Below, in pieces: positions 1 through 9,236 of a stretch of 64,000 nucleotides of DNA. Location of the stretch: positions 160,001 through 224,000 of the forward strand of contig JAZKFH010000042.1 in assembly GCA_040386535.1 (NCBI GenBank), read 5' to 3'. The DNA comes from Myxococcota bacterium (GTDB taxonomy: Bacteria > Myxococcota_A > UBA796 > SXON01). The notes under the pieces were generated by a model that was not told the origin of the DNA, searched no databases, and worked only from the letters and a program-made list of their open reading frames with translations. The position numbers were made by a program, and so were the translations under genes. How positions within the stretch are numbered: the stretch's first letter is position 1; each line of letters begins with the position of its first letter.

Positions 1-429
1 CCACGCGTCCTTGAACCGTTGGCCCTTGTCACCCGGGGTGAGGCCGACGACCGGGTTGGACACGACCCAACGGAGCGCGGCCTCGACCTCGTCGAGCCAC
101 GCACGCACGAGGTGTTTGGGGCCGGCGAGCGCGGTGACGTAGAGCTCGTGCGCCGCGATGTCGGCCTGGTGGCGGTACACCGTGGCGGTCAGGGCGTCGA
201 CGAGGCCGCGACCGTTCCGAGCGAGCCGCAAGCGCCGCAGATCGGCGACATCCTTCTCGACGAGCTTGTGGTCGTAGTAGACGCTGGCGCCGTCCTCCCG
301 CCACTCGGCGGCGCCGGTGAGCTGATCGTGGGCCTCGGCGGCCTCCTTCCACGCGGTGTAGGAATCGGCGGCGTCGAGGGCGGCGACGGCCTCGCGGAGG
401 TTGCGACGGGTGGCGGATGCGCGGAACAT
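1..429 (-). CDS. DUF3336 domain protein (probable patatin-like lipase), 5' part only; runs off the window
   Basis: Manual translation from ATG 429: MFRASATRRNLREAVAALDAADSYTAWKEAAEAHDQLTGAAEWREDGASVYYDHKLV...ELYVTALAGPKHLVRAWLDEV matches the DUF3336 pattern (SYxxWxxAAxxxD, YYD, GxKxL). Not in the ORF track because it is truncated. Confidence 0.8.
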   Translation of the reverse strand, partial: MFRASATRRNLREAVAALDAADSYTAWKEAAEAHDQLTGAAEWREDGASVYYDHKLVEKDVADLRRLRLARNGRGLVDALTATVYRHQADIAAHELYVTALAGPKHLVRAWLDEVEAALRWVVSNPVVGLTPGDKGQRFKDAW

Positions 430-538
430 GGCTGGTTTCGGGAGTACCCGACCGTCGGGGAGGTGTCGAGGGAGCTGTCGAGGGCGCCGCCGACACGCCC
501 GCCCCGCGCTATCGTGGCCGCTCGCTCCGGAGCCTCGC

Positions 539-2107
539 GTGTCCACCACCTTCTCCCTCCGCCTGACCCGCCCGCCGACGCGTGACGCGCTCACCACGCT
601 CTGCGACGAGCCCGATCTCGGCTGGTCGGACGAGGTCGCGACGCCGTGGCCCGACCGCACGTTCACCCACGTGCACCTCCCCGGCCTCTCCACGCGCGGG
701 CTCGAGCTCGGGCCCGAGGGGGGTGCGTTCACAGTGCGGGTGCTGTCCAACTCGGCGCCGGAGGAGCTGGCGATGGCGGTACGCCTCGTGGCCGGGCTGG
801 CGCGCAGCGAGAGGTGCACGATCCAGCAGGACGGCGAAGGCGCGATGGACGCCGACACCTTCGAGGCGAAGTTCGACGCCGCGTGGATCGCGAAGACCGT
901 GGAGCAGGACTTCGCCGCGCTCGTGGCGATGGCCGCCGACCGGGTGGTGTCCCTCCCCGGCCCCATCCGCGACACGACGTTCGGCCCCGCCACGCTCGCG
1001 CGGGTGCCCGCCACGTCGGACGCCCTGCTCCGCGTGATGCGCGATGTGAACTATCCGAACGGGCCCGACGGCGACGAGAGCGACGAGGGCGAGCTGTACG
1101 TCTCCAAGGGGATCCGCGTGGCGCGGGACGGGCGCGAGGTGGTGATCCACGCCCTCACGTCGGGCGTGTCGTATTTCCTATCCAAGTGTGACGTGTACGC
1201 GCTGATGGACGTCCCGGCGCTCCACATCCCCGCGACCGAGCTGCTCCGCCTCGCGCCCGACCACGTGACGCCGGTGGACGAGGTGTGCGTGCGCCTGCGC
1301 GCGATGGAAGACGACGCCTGGGCCGAGCTCCTGGAGCGCGCCCGCCCGCTCGGCCACGAGGATCCGTTCGAGGCCGCGCCCCCCGACGACCGCGCCCGGC
1401 CCGCCGGCACGCTGCTCCCCCTGCTCCGGCCGCCGAGCTGGCGCGCCCGCGACACCGCCGCGTTCCGGCCGCTGCTCACCAGCATGGTGACCATCCCCCA
1501 CATGCCGCTGGTCTCGATCGTGTCGGACACCCCCGTCGCGACCGCGAGCATGCCCGCCGGGCTCTGGCCGGGCGCCGAGACCGCCACGTTCGAGGTGTCC
1601 GAACAGAACGCGGTCGCCAACCTCGACCGGCTCGACCTGCCGTTCAAGGAGGAGGCGGAGGCCGGCGCGGTCACGAGCCTCACCGCCATCGGCGAGTACG
1701 CCGCCGAGCTGCTCCTCTCCAAGCGGCGCCTGGACGAGGCGCACCAGAAGCTCGGACCGCTGATGGTCGCGTCGACGCCCGTGCGCGGGCTCCTGCGCCT
1801 GCAGCGTGGCGACGACGTACAGGGCACCGGGCGGCTCGTGGAGTGGGCGCAGCGCTGCTTCGACGACGCCGGCCGCCGCGCCACCGGGCAGCCGGGGCTC
1901 ACCCCGCTCGTGTTCGGCGTGGTCGACGGAAAGGTGGCCGCGCTGGTGCAGGCGCGTGCCGACGGCAGCGGGGACGAGAGCATGGAGATGGAGGCGCCCG
2001 TTCCGCGCGGGGGCGAGCCGGTGGGGAAGAGCAACCGCACGCTGCTCGTCGTCGTCGCGGTGGTGATCCTGGTGGTGTTGGCGGCGGCCTACGCGCTGGC
2101 GGGGTGA
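539..2107 (+). CDS. Hypothetical protein with DUF4299-like N-terminal domain and C-terminal membrane anchor
   Basis: Part of ORF 401..2107, probable GTG start at 539. Motif STRGLEL...FTVRVLSNSAPEELAMAVRLV resembles DUF4299; hydrophobic C-terminal helix. Confidence 0.6.
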   Translation: MSTTFSLRLTRPPTRDALTTLCDEPDLGWSDEVATPWPDRTFTHVHLPGLSTRGLELGPEGGAFTVRVLSNSAPEELAMAVRLVAGLARSERCTIQQDGEGAMDADTFEAKFDAAWIAKTVEQDFAALVAMAADRVVSLPGPIRDTTFGPATLARVPATSDALLRVMRDVNYPNGPDGDESDEGELYVSKGIRVARDGREVVIHALTSGVSYFLSKCDVYALMDVPALHIPATELLRLAPDHVTPVDEVCVRLRAMEDDAWAELLERARPLGHEDPFEAAPPDDRARPAGTLLPLLRPPSWRARDTAAFRPLLTSMVTIPHMPLVSIVSDTPVATASMPAGLWPGAETATFEVSEQNAVANLDRLDLPFKEEAEAGAVTSLTAIGEYAAELLLSKRRLDEAHQKLGPLMVASTPVRGLLRLQRGDDVQGTGRLVEWAQRCFDDAGRRATGQPGLTPLVFGVVDGKVAALVQARADGSGDESMEMEAPVPRGGEPVGKSNRTLLVVVAVVILVVLAAAYALAG

Positions 2108-2157
2108 TCCTTCGGCCGCCACGCCCCGTACACCTCCCGTCCGGATAGACGCTGACC

Positions 2158-3072
2158 GTGCTCCTCCTGCTCGCGCTCCCCGCCCTCGCGCACGTGCCCT
2201 TTCCGCGCGGCACGATGACGATCACCGAGGTGCACGCGGGGCCCGCGGCGGACGGTGGGCAATGGTTCGAGGTGCGCAACAACTCGACGTCGGGCCAGAA
2301 CCTGGTCGAGCAGGTGTTCACCGACGCGGACGGGGACACGTTCCAGGTCACCCTCATCTACATCGTGCGCGCGGGTGAATACGCCGTGTTCGCGAGCGCG
2401 GACAGCACCGTGGTGGCCGACGTGACGCTGCCCGCGGGCTTCGACCTGCGTCCGGACGCGGGCGCGGTTGTGCACAGCGACATCACCGGGGTGGTGGACG
2501 AGGTGGTGTGGGATGCAAGCTGGGCGGTCTCCTCGACGAGCGCGCACCAGCTTGGCTTGGCCGTCGCGTCGAACGAGTGGGCCAACGACCTGTCGACCAA
2601 CTGGTGTGGGGGCGTCGGCACGCCCGGCGTGGAGAACGAACACTGCCCCGGCGCCGACACCGACGACGACGGCGACGGCTGGTCCGAGCGCGACGGCGAC
2701 TGCGACGACACCGATGCCGCCGTGTTCCCCGGCGCGGTGGACGGGCCGGACGCGCCCGACGACGGGGATTGTGACGGGGTGCGGGACGAGGACGTGCCGG
2801 TGGATACCGGGGGGGACTCGGGGGATACGGCGGGGGACTCCGGCGACTCTGGGGATACGGCTGGGGATACGGGCGAGACGGATTCGGGTGACACGGATTC
2901 GGGTGACACGGATTCGGGCGACACCGATTCGGCCGAGATCGATCCCGTCGATTCGGGGGACATCCCAGGAGACGGCCCCGCCTGTGCGCCCGGGTGTGGA
3001 GGCTCGGCCGCGGTGCTCGTTTGGGTCGGGGTATTGGGGGCGTGTCGGCGGGGGCGTCGGGTCGTGCCGTAG
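2158..3072 (+). CDS. Secreted lamin-tail-domain protein with MopE-like metal-binding motif, DTG/DSG repeats and MYXO-CTERM-like tail
   Basis: Signal peptide; ITEVHAGP...GQWFEVRN and GTPGVEN (LTD); DDDGDGW...DCDDTDAAVFPGA; C-terminal Cys/Gly-TM-RR. Confidence 0.8.
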   Translation: MLLLLALPALAHVPFPRGTMTITEVHAGPAADGGQWFEVRNNSTSGQNLVEQVFTDADGDTFQVTLIYIVRAGEYAVFASADSTVVADVTLPAGFDLRPDAGAVVHSDITGVVDEVVWDASWAVSSTSAHQLGLAVASNEWANDLSTNWCGGVGTPGVENEHCPGADTDDDGDGWSERDGDCDDTDAAVFPGAVDGPDAPDDGDCDGVRDEDVPVDTGGDSGDTAGDSGDSGDTAGDTGETDSGDTDSGDTDSGDTDSAEIDPVDSGDIPGDGPACAPGCGGSAAVLVWVGVLGACRRGRRVVP

Positions 3073-3238
3073 GGCCCCCCGGCGGCGCGGACGCCGCCGT
3101 CGCCCCTCTCCGGGCGCGCGCTGCGCGCTTGGTCCGCGGCCCCGCCCTTCCGGGCGGCGCGGCGGGACCGCCGGCCGGGCCGGCGCCCTGCGAGCGGCTG
3201 GGGCAGGGACCCATGCCCCTCCCAATGAACGAAGTCCA

Positions 3239-3395
3239 GGGTCATGTACCGGTGAACGCCGCAACCAGCGCGATCTGCGCGGTCGCCTTACGGACCAAGC
3301 GTCATTTTCGCGCGCAGCAGTAGCGTGTGGCCCATGGTTTTGCTCATTCACCAGGACATGACTCTGGAATAGCGGCGTTCAGTGGCACATGACCC
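3239..3395. mobile_element. MITE-like 157-bp element with 24-bp imperfect terminal inverted repeats
   Basis: GGGTCATGTACCGGTGAACGCCGC (3239-3262) and GCGGCGTTCAGTGGCACATGACCC (3372-3395) are complementary at 21/24 positions. The interior is visibly more AT-rich than the flanks. No clear target-site duplication. Confidence 0.55.
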
Positions 3396-3459
3396 CGCTC
3401 CAGGCCCGGTGCTCCACGAACCGCCCCCCCCTCGCCCGCGCCCTCTCCGCTCCGGAACC

Positions 3460-3486
3460 CTTGGCGTCTTGGCGCCTTGGCGGTTC
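3460..3486. repeat. Short tandem repeat (CTTGGCGN)x3
   Basis: CTTGGCGT CTTGGCGC CTTGGCGG TTC in the intergenic region. Confidence 0.5.
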
Positions 3487-3634
3487 ACCCCTCCGGAGCC
3501 CCCCGCCCCGCCCTCCCCGCCGCCGCAGCGGCCGCGTCCGCGCGGACCGTCTGCCCAGCTCCCCTCGCTACTGACCCCTACCCGAGCAACAGCACCGGTC
3601 CCGCCGCTCCGAATCGGGTACGTTCTCCGTTCCC

Positions 3635-5500
3635 GTGATCTCCTCCTCCTGCCCCTCCTGCGGCTCTCCCCTGACCTTCCGGTCGGGCGCGGCGCTCACC
3701 GCCGTCTGCGCGTCGTGCCAGTCGTGCGTGGTCCGCGAAGGGGACGTGCTCAAGGACTACGGCAAGGTCGCCCGCTTCCAGCGCGATCTTTCGCCGATCC
3801 AGCTCGAGGCGCGCGGCAACCTCGACGGGCGGAGCTTCCGCGTGGCGGGCGTGCTCCGCAAGGCGCGCCAAGCCGTGCGCTGGAACGAGTGGTACATCAC
3901 CTTCGACGACGGGGGCGACGGCTGGATCGGTGAGGGCAACGGCCAGTGGTTCGCCTATGGCGAGCGCGTCGAGGTGCCGAGGGGGACGGTTCCGTCGGGC
4001 GGCGCGGGCGCCAAGATCGCGGTGGGCGACGGGAAGTGGATGGTGATGGAGGATGCGGTGGCGTCCGTCGTGGCCGCCGAGGGGAGCCTCCCCTTCCCCG
4101 TGTACCCCGAAGAGACAGGGCGGTACCTCGACCTGCGGGAGATCGGCGGCGCACGCGTGGCGACGCTCGACTTCGCTGACGACCCGCCGGTGTTGTGGCT
4201 CGGGCGCGACGTGACGCTCGTGCAGCTGCAGATGGAGGGCCTGCGCGCGTTCGCGGGCTGGTCCGATCCGGTGCTGGTGCACTTCGCCGGGCCCGAGGTC
4301 ACCGCGGTGCGCTCGCTGCGCTGCCCCAACTGCGGCGGCACCCTCGAGGTGCGCGCCCCCGGCGACACGCAGCGCGTGGGCTGCCCGTATTGCGCCTCGG
4401 TGGTCGGGGTCGACTCTGACGGGGACCTCGCCACCGCCGCGTTCATCGCGCGCGCCGAGAAGAACGTCATCAAGCCCGCCCTCCCGCTGGGCACGCGCGG
4501 CACCCTCCGCGGGCTCGACTGGGTCGTGATCGGCGCGATGGTCCGCTACGTCGTCGACGAGGGCGAGTGGTCGTGGACCGAGTACCTGCTCCACAACCCC
4601 TACCGCGGGTTCGCGTGGCTGGTGGACGACACGCAGCGCCACTGGAGCTTCGTCGAGCCGCTCCGGGGGGACGTGCCGCGCGGCGAGGGCAACGTGATGC
4701 GGGCCAAGGGCCGCACGTTCCGCAAGTTCCAGACGGGGGACGCGTTCGTGCGCCACGTGCTGGGCGAGTTCACGTGGGAGGTGGCCGTCGGTGACCGCGC
4801 GTGGACCGCCGACTACGTCGATCCGCCGCTGATGCTCTCGGGCGAGCGCACGGAGGACGAGGTCACCTGGTCGCTCGGCACCTGGCTGCCCACCGGCGAG
4901 GTGGAGAAGGCGTTCAAGGTGCAGCTGCCCCCCGCCACGGGCGTGGCGCCGCACCAGCCCAACCCCGCGAAGGACCCGGCGACCATCACCCGCGCAATCG
5001 TACGCGGCGCGCTGCTGGTGGCCGTCGCCGCCGTGCTGATGGTGCTCGCGTTCGTCCTCCCGGGGCGCGAGGCCGTCCTGGCGCACGAGTACATGGTCGT
5101 GCCCGGCGAGAACGCGTGGGTCACGTCGCCGTTGCAGCTCGACGCGCCGGCCACCGTCGCGTTCACGCTCGACGCGGACCTCGCCTCGACCCCCGACGTG
5201 CAGGTGTCGTTCATCCACGAGGGCACCGGCGAGGTGTGGGACTGGACCACCTACGGGGACGCGACCGCCACCGCCAAGCTCGACGCGGGCACGTGGAGCG
5301 GGCGCGTGGCGCTGGCCGTGCCGGCCACCGAGGCCGACGCGGGCCGCCTGATGAAGCTCGGCGCCGTGCGCGACCCGGGGTGGACCCTCCCCGCGATCCT
5401 CCTGTTCGTCTACACCCTCCTCGCTCCGATCGTCTTCTTCATCGACCTGAACGCGTTCGAGACGAAGCGGTGGGCGCAGAGCAACGTGGGAGGCGGCTGA
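3635..5500 (+). CDS. DUF4178 domain protein (two Zn-ribbon + DUF4178 modules, C-terminal TM helices)
   Basis: CPSCG...CASC and CPNCG...CPYC ribbons; WNEWY and WTEYLL motifs; VLGEFTWEV. Confidence 0.9.
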   Translation: MISSSCPSCGSPLTFRSGAALTAVCASCQSCVVREGDVLKDYGKVARFQRDLSPIQLEARGNLDGRSFRVAGVLRKARQAVRWNEWYITFDDGGDGWIGEGNGQWFAYGERVEVPRGTVPSGGAGAKIAVGDGKWMVMEDAVASVVAAEGSLPFPVYPEETGRYLDLREIGGARVATLDFADDPPVLWLGRDVTLVQLQMEGLRAFAGWSDPVLVHFAGPEVTAVRSLRCPNCGGTLEVRAPGDTQRVGCPYCASVVGVDSDGDLATAAFIARAEKNVIKPALPLGTRGTLRGLDWVVIGAMVRYVVDEGEWSWTEYLLHNPYRGFAWLVDDTQRHWSFVEPLRGDVPRGEGNVMRAKGRTFRKFQTGDAFVRHVLGEFTWEVAVGDRAWTADYVDPPLMLSGERTEDEVTWSLGTWLPTGEVEKAFKVQLPPATGVAPHQPNPAKDPATITRAIVRGALLVAVAAVLMVLAFVLPGREAVLAHEYMVVPGENAWVTSPLQLDAPATVAFTLDADLASTPDVQVSFIHEGTGEVWDWTTYGDATATAKLDAGTWSGRVALAVPATEADAGRLMKLGAVRDPGWTLPAILLFVYTLLAPIVFFIDLNAFETKRWAQSNVGGG

Positions 5501-5715
5501 TGTTGTTCAAGGCGCACAACCTGCTCGGCGCCATCGCCGCCCTCCTCGTGGGCTTCATGGTGCTCACGGGGTGGGCGCCCGCGTCGGCCCCCCGCGGCAA
5601 GGTCCCCGAGAGCGTGCGCGCCAACCCCGGCTCGTACCGCCCGGTGTACATCCCGACCTACCGGGGCGGCTCCTCCGGGGGCGGCAGCGGCGGCGGGTGG
5701 AGCGGCGGAAAGTAG
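5500..5715 (+). CDS. Small membrane protein with Gly-rich tail (typical DUF4178 operon partner)
   Basis: ATG overlaps the DUF4178 stop; MLFKAHNLLGAIAALLVGFMVLTGW...SVRANPGSYRP...GGGWSGGK. Confidence 0.8.
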   Translation: MLFKAHNLLGAIAALLVGFMVLTGWAPASAPRGKVPESVRANPGSYRPVYIPTYRGGSSGGGSGGGWSGGK

Positions 5716-5765
5716 GCGATTTGGTTTTTTGATCCTGGCACGCAGCCCGGCCCCGGAGATCCCCC

Positions 5766-5984
5766 TTGGACCACAACCCCCTCGATCCCACCCTGCTCGG
5801 CGCCACGCTGCTCTACACGGGCGTCGGGGTGGTCGTGTTCCTCATCGCGTTCTGGATCATGGCCAAGGTGGCGCCGTTCTCCATCCACAAGGAGATCGAG
5901 GAGGACCAGAACGTCGCCCTCGGCATCGTGCTCGGCTCCGTCGTGATCGGCCTCGCGCTCATCATCGCGGCCGCGATCGGATGA
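5766..5984 (+). CDS. DUF350 membrane protein
   Basis: IHKEIEEDQNVALGIVLGSVVIGLALIIAAAI signature. Confidence 0.9.
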   Translation: MDHNPLDPTLLGATLLYTGVGVVVFLIAFWIMAKVAPFSIHKEIEEDQNVALGIVLGSVVIGLALIIAAAIG

Positions 5985-5991
5985 CCCGCCG

Positions 5992-7536
5992 GTGACCCAG
6001 GCGGAGCTCTCCGGCACCGGACGAACCGCGGTGCCCTCGGCGCGCGTGCTCTTCCTCTCGACGATCCTCATCGCCACGTGTGGGCTCGTGTACGAGCTGG
6101 TCGCAGGGGCGCTTGCGTCGTATCTGCTCGGCGACTCGGTCTTCCAGTTCAGCACCATCATCGGCGCGTACCTCACCGCGATGGGCATCGGCTCGTGGCT
6201 GTCGCGTTACCTCGAGCGCGATCTGGTCGCGCGGTTCGTCGAGGTCGAGATCGCCGTCGCCCTGATCGGGGGCTTCGAAGCGCCGATCCTGTTCGCGGGG
6301 TTCACCTACACCCCCGGCTTCCGCGCCGTGCTCTACATCGTGGTGGCGCTGGTCGGCATCGGGGTCGGCCTCGAGCTGCCTTTGCTCATCCGCATCCTCG
6401 AGTCGCGCACCTCGCTCAAGGAGCTCGTCGCAAGGGTCCTGGCGCTCGACTACGTCGGGGCGCTCGTCGCCTCCTTGCTCTTTCCGCTGTTCTTCCTGCC
6501 GATGGTGGGGCTGCTGCGCACGTCGCTCGTGCTCGGCCTCGTCAACGCGCTCGTGGCGTTCTGGACAACGTTCCTGTTCGACGCCCCCGCGCACGTGCTC
6601 ACCCGGCTCCGGCTGTTCGCCGGCGGCGCCGTGGTCGTGCTCGCCCTGGGCCTGGGGCTCGCGGGAGAGGCGGAGAAGCGGATGGAGGCGGATCTGTTCG
6701 CCGACCCCGTGGTCCTGTCGATCCAGACCTCGTACCAGCGCCTCGTCGTCACGCACGCGGGCGGCGATACGCGGCTGTTCATCGACGGCGCGCTGCAGTT
6801 CAGCTCGGTCGACGAGTACCGCTACCACGAGGCGCTGGTGCACCCGCCGATGGCGGCGGTGGCGAGCCCGAAGCGCGTGCTCGTGATGGGCGGCGGCGAC
6901 GGCCTCGCCGTGCGCGAGGTGCTGCGCCACCCCGAGGTCACCTCCGTGGTCCTGGTCGACCTCGACCCCGAGATGACGCGCCTGTTCACCGAGCGCAGCG
7001 ACCTGGCCGCGCTCAACGGCGCCTCCCTCTCGGACCCGCGCGTGACCGTCGTGAACACCGACGCGTTCGGCTGGGTGCGCCACTACGCGGGCGAGCCGTT
7101 CGACGTCGTCATCTCCGACTTCCCGGACCCCAACAACTTCGGCCTCGGCAAGCTCTACTCGGTCACCTTCTACCGCCTGCTCACCCGCGTCCTGGCGCCG
7201 GGCGCCGCGGTGTCGGTGCAGGCCACCTCGCCGCTGTTCTCGCCGCAGGCGTACGGATGCATCGTCGAGACGATGCGCGAGGCGGGGCTGGCCGTGCGCC
7301 CGTACCACGCGTACGTGCCCGCGTTCGGCGAGTGGGGGTTCGTGCTCGCCGGCATCACGCCGATCGAGACGTTCCGTCCCCTCCCCCCGGGCCTGCGTTT
7401 TCTCGACGCGGACACACTCGCGACGCTGTTCCACTTCCCCATCGATCTGACGCCGCACACCGACGTGGTCAACCGCCTCGACAACCAGCTGCTCGTGCGC
7501 CTGTACGCCGAGGACTGGCGGGAGATGGCGCGGTAG
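5992..7536 (+). CDS. speE: Membrane-bound polyamine aminopropyltransferase (spermidine synthase)
   Basis: N-terminal TM domain (CGLVYEL); LQFSSVDEYRYHEALVHP, GGGDG, DFPDP, KLYS, FGEWGF. Confidence 0.93.
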   Translation: MTQAELSGTGRTAVPSARVLFLSTILIATCGLVYELVAGALASYLLGDSVFQFSTIIGAYLTAMGIGSWLSRYLERDLVARFVEVEIAVALIGGFEAPILFAGFTYTPGFRAVLYIVVALVGIGVGLELPLLIRILESRTSLKELVARVLALDYVGALVASLLFPLFFLPMVGLLRTSLVLGLVNALVAFWTTFLFDAPAHVLTRLRLFAGGAVVVLALGLGLAGEAEKRMEADLFADPVVLSIQTSYQRLVVTHAGGDTRLFIDGALQFSSVDEYRYHEALVHPPMAAVASPKRVLVMGGGDGLAVREVLRHPEVTSVVLVDLDPEMTRLFTERSDLAALNGASLSDPRVTVVNTDAFGWVRHYAGEPFDVVISDFPDPNNFGLGKLYSVTFYRLLTRVLAPGAAVSVQATSPLFSPQAYGCIVETMREAGLAVRPYHAYVPAFGEWGFVLAGITPIETFRPLPPGLRFLDADTLATLFHFPIDLTPHTDVVNRLDNQLLVRLYAEDWREMAR

Positions 7537-7540
7537 GGTG

Positions 7541-9175
7541 TCACTGCGCCGCGTCGACCCCCACGCTCCTGTCGACGCGCCGTGTTCCCTCCCAAACGTC
7601 GGCGCGCAGAGTGACAGGCACCTCGCGGGTCCCAACTCGGAGCGTCGCGTCGCCTTCGTACCAGGTGAAGATCCGCGCCACGCCGGTGTCGTCGGCGGTG
7701 GCGCCGCGCGTGGCCATCCACGGGGCGTCGAGTGTCACGAGGGTGCCGGGGGTCAGGCCCCGCACGGTCACGACGGAGCTCGCGCGTCGTGACGCCAGCG
7801 TCCACGGGGTGGCGCCCAGCTTCGACGCCGCCTCGGCCCACGCGGTGCGCCACTCGGCCGTGTCTCCGGTCCGCGGCGGGGGATGGAACACGCCGCCGGG
7901 GCCGCCGGGGCCCACCGCCTCGACGAACGAGACGGCGGCCAGTGACGGGGGCGCGGGGTGCTGCTGGGCGGGGGCGCCGATCTCGGTGATCCACGTGGGC
8001 ACGGTGGAGCGCCGCTCGTGCCGGCCGTCGATGACCGCGCTGGCGAGATCGAGGCCGAGGATCGGCCGCCGGAGCGGATCCTCGTGCAGATCGCCACACG
8101 TGAGCGTGCGGAGGTGGTCAGTGCCCTCACACACCCACGCGAGCAGGGCCGGGCGCGCGGCCGAGGCCGCGAGCAGGCGGAGGTCCTGGGCGCGCAGCTC
8201 GTTCGCCAACATTTGCCACGTGCGCTGGACGTCACGCCCGCCGGCCCACAACTTGCCGTCACACCGGGGCACCTGGACCACGGGCAGGCCCCACTCGTCG
8301 AGCCGGGCGTACCAGTCGCCGTTCGCGATGGTGCCGTGCAGCTCCAGCGCGTTGGCGCCGGCCTCGGCCACGCTCGCGGCGACCAGGGCGGGATCCTCGT
8401 TGGGGTAGGCGCGCAAGGCCAGGAGCGGGCTGGGCGCGCCGTCGAGGACGAGCCGGCCCGCCGCGAGCCCAGCGTCGCGAAATCCGAATCGTTCGGAGCG
8501 CACGTCCAGCACGGCGCCGGCCGCGTCTCGGAGCACCGCGGTGGCCACGTACAGCTGGGGTTCCCCGATCGCCCAGCGGCCGCCAGTCCAGCGTTTCGGT
8601 GGCAACGCCGCCCCGACGGCGACGGGCTCCCACGCGGCCGCCACGCGCCCGTCCCGGCTCACGGCAAGCTCGACGCTGGCGCCGTCCGGTGCGCCGGTGG
8701 CGGTCACGATCGGCGCGAGCGCGCCGTCCACGAGCGGCACGGCGAGCGATCCCAGGCGCGCGGCGCCACGGAGGCGAAGCTCGAGGCGGCCCGCCTGGGG
8801 CGCGGTGTTCTTGTTGGGGAGGGTCAGGACGGGCGTCTCATCCGTCGGGAGGGAGACGGACACGGTGAGCGTGTGATCGCCCGCGGCGAGCGCGGGGAGC
8901 GGCACGTCGAGGGGCGCGTAGCCGGGGAAGACCGGGCCGATCGGCGCGCCGTCGAGCGTCAGATCGACCCGCCACCACGCGCCGTCCACCCACAACGTCG
9001 TGCCGGGCGGCGCGTCCGCGTCGAGGTGGAAGCGGGCCGTGCCCCGCGGGATCACGCCGTCGGTCCAGCGCACGGCGAGCGCGACGTCCACTCCCGGCCC
9101 CGGCGGGGGCGGCGGCGGGCCACAGGCGACGAGAAGGAGGAGGAGGAGCACGCGGCATCGTAGATCAGGAACCAT
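7541..9175 (-). CDS. Lipoprotein with divergent glycoside hydrolase family 2-like domains
   Basis: Lipobox LVAC; WAIGEPQLY, RFGFR, GANALELHG, DEWGL, WITEIG. The true start may be slightly downstream. Confidence 0.6.
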   Translation of the reverse strand: MVPDLRCRVLLLLLLVACGPPPPPPGPGVDVALAVRWTDGVIPRGTARFHLDADAPPGTTLWVDGAWWRVDLTLDGAPIGPVFPGYAPLDVPLPALAAGDHTLTVSVSLPTDETPVLTLPNKNTAPQAGRLELRLRGAARLGSLAVPLVDGALAPIVTATGAPDGASVELAVSRDGRVAAAWEPVAVGAALPPKRWTGGRWAIGEPQLYVATAVLRDAAGAVLDVRSERFGFRDAGLAAGRLVLDGAPSPLLALRAYPNEDPALVAASVAEAGANALELHGTIANGDWYARLDEWGLPVVQVPRCDGKLWAGGRDVQRTWQMLANELRAQDLRLLAASAARPALLAWVCEGTDHLRTLTCGDLHEDPLRRPILGLDLASAVIDGRHERRSTVPTWITEIGAPAQQHPAPPSLAAVSFVEAVGPGGPGGVFHPPPRTGDTAEWRTAWAEAASKLGATPWTLASRRASSVVTVRGLTPGTLVTLDAPWMATRGATADDTGVARIFTWYEGDATLRVGTREVPVTLRADVWEGTRRVDRSVGVDAAQ

Positions 9176-9236
9176 CCTCGATCAGGAGGAGGTCCCGGAT
9201 CCCGGCGCCACCCTCCGCGGCCCGCTACACTGGCCC

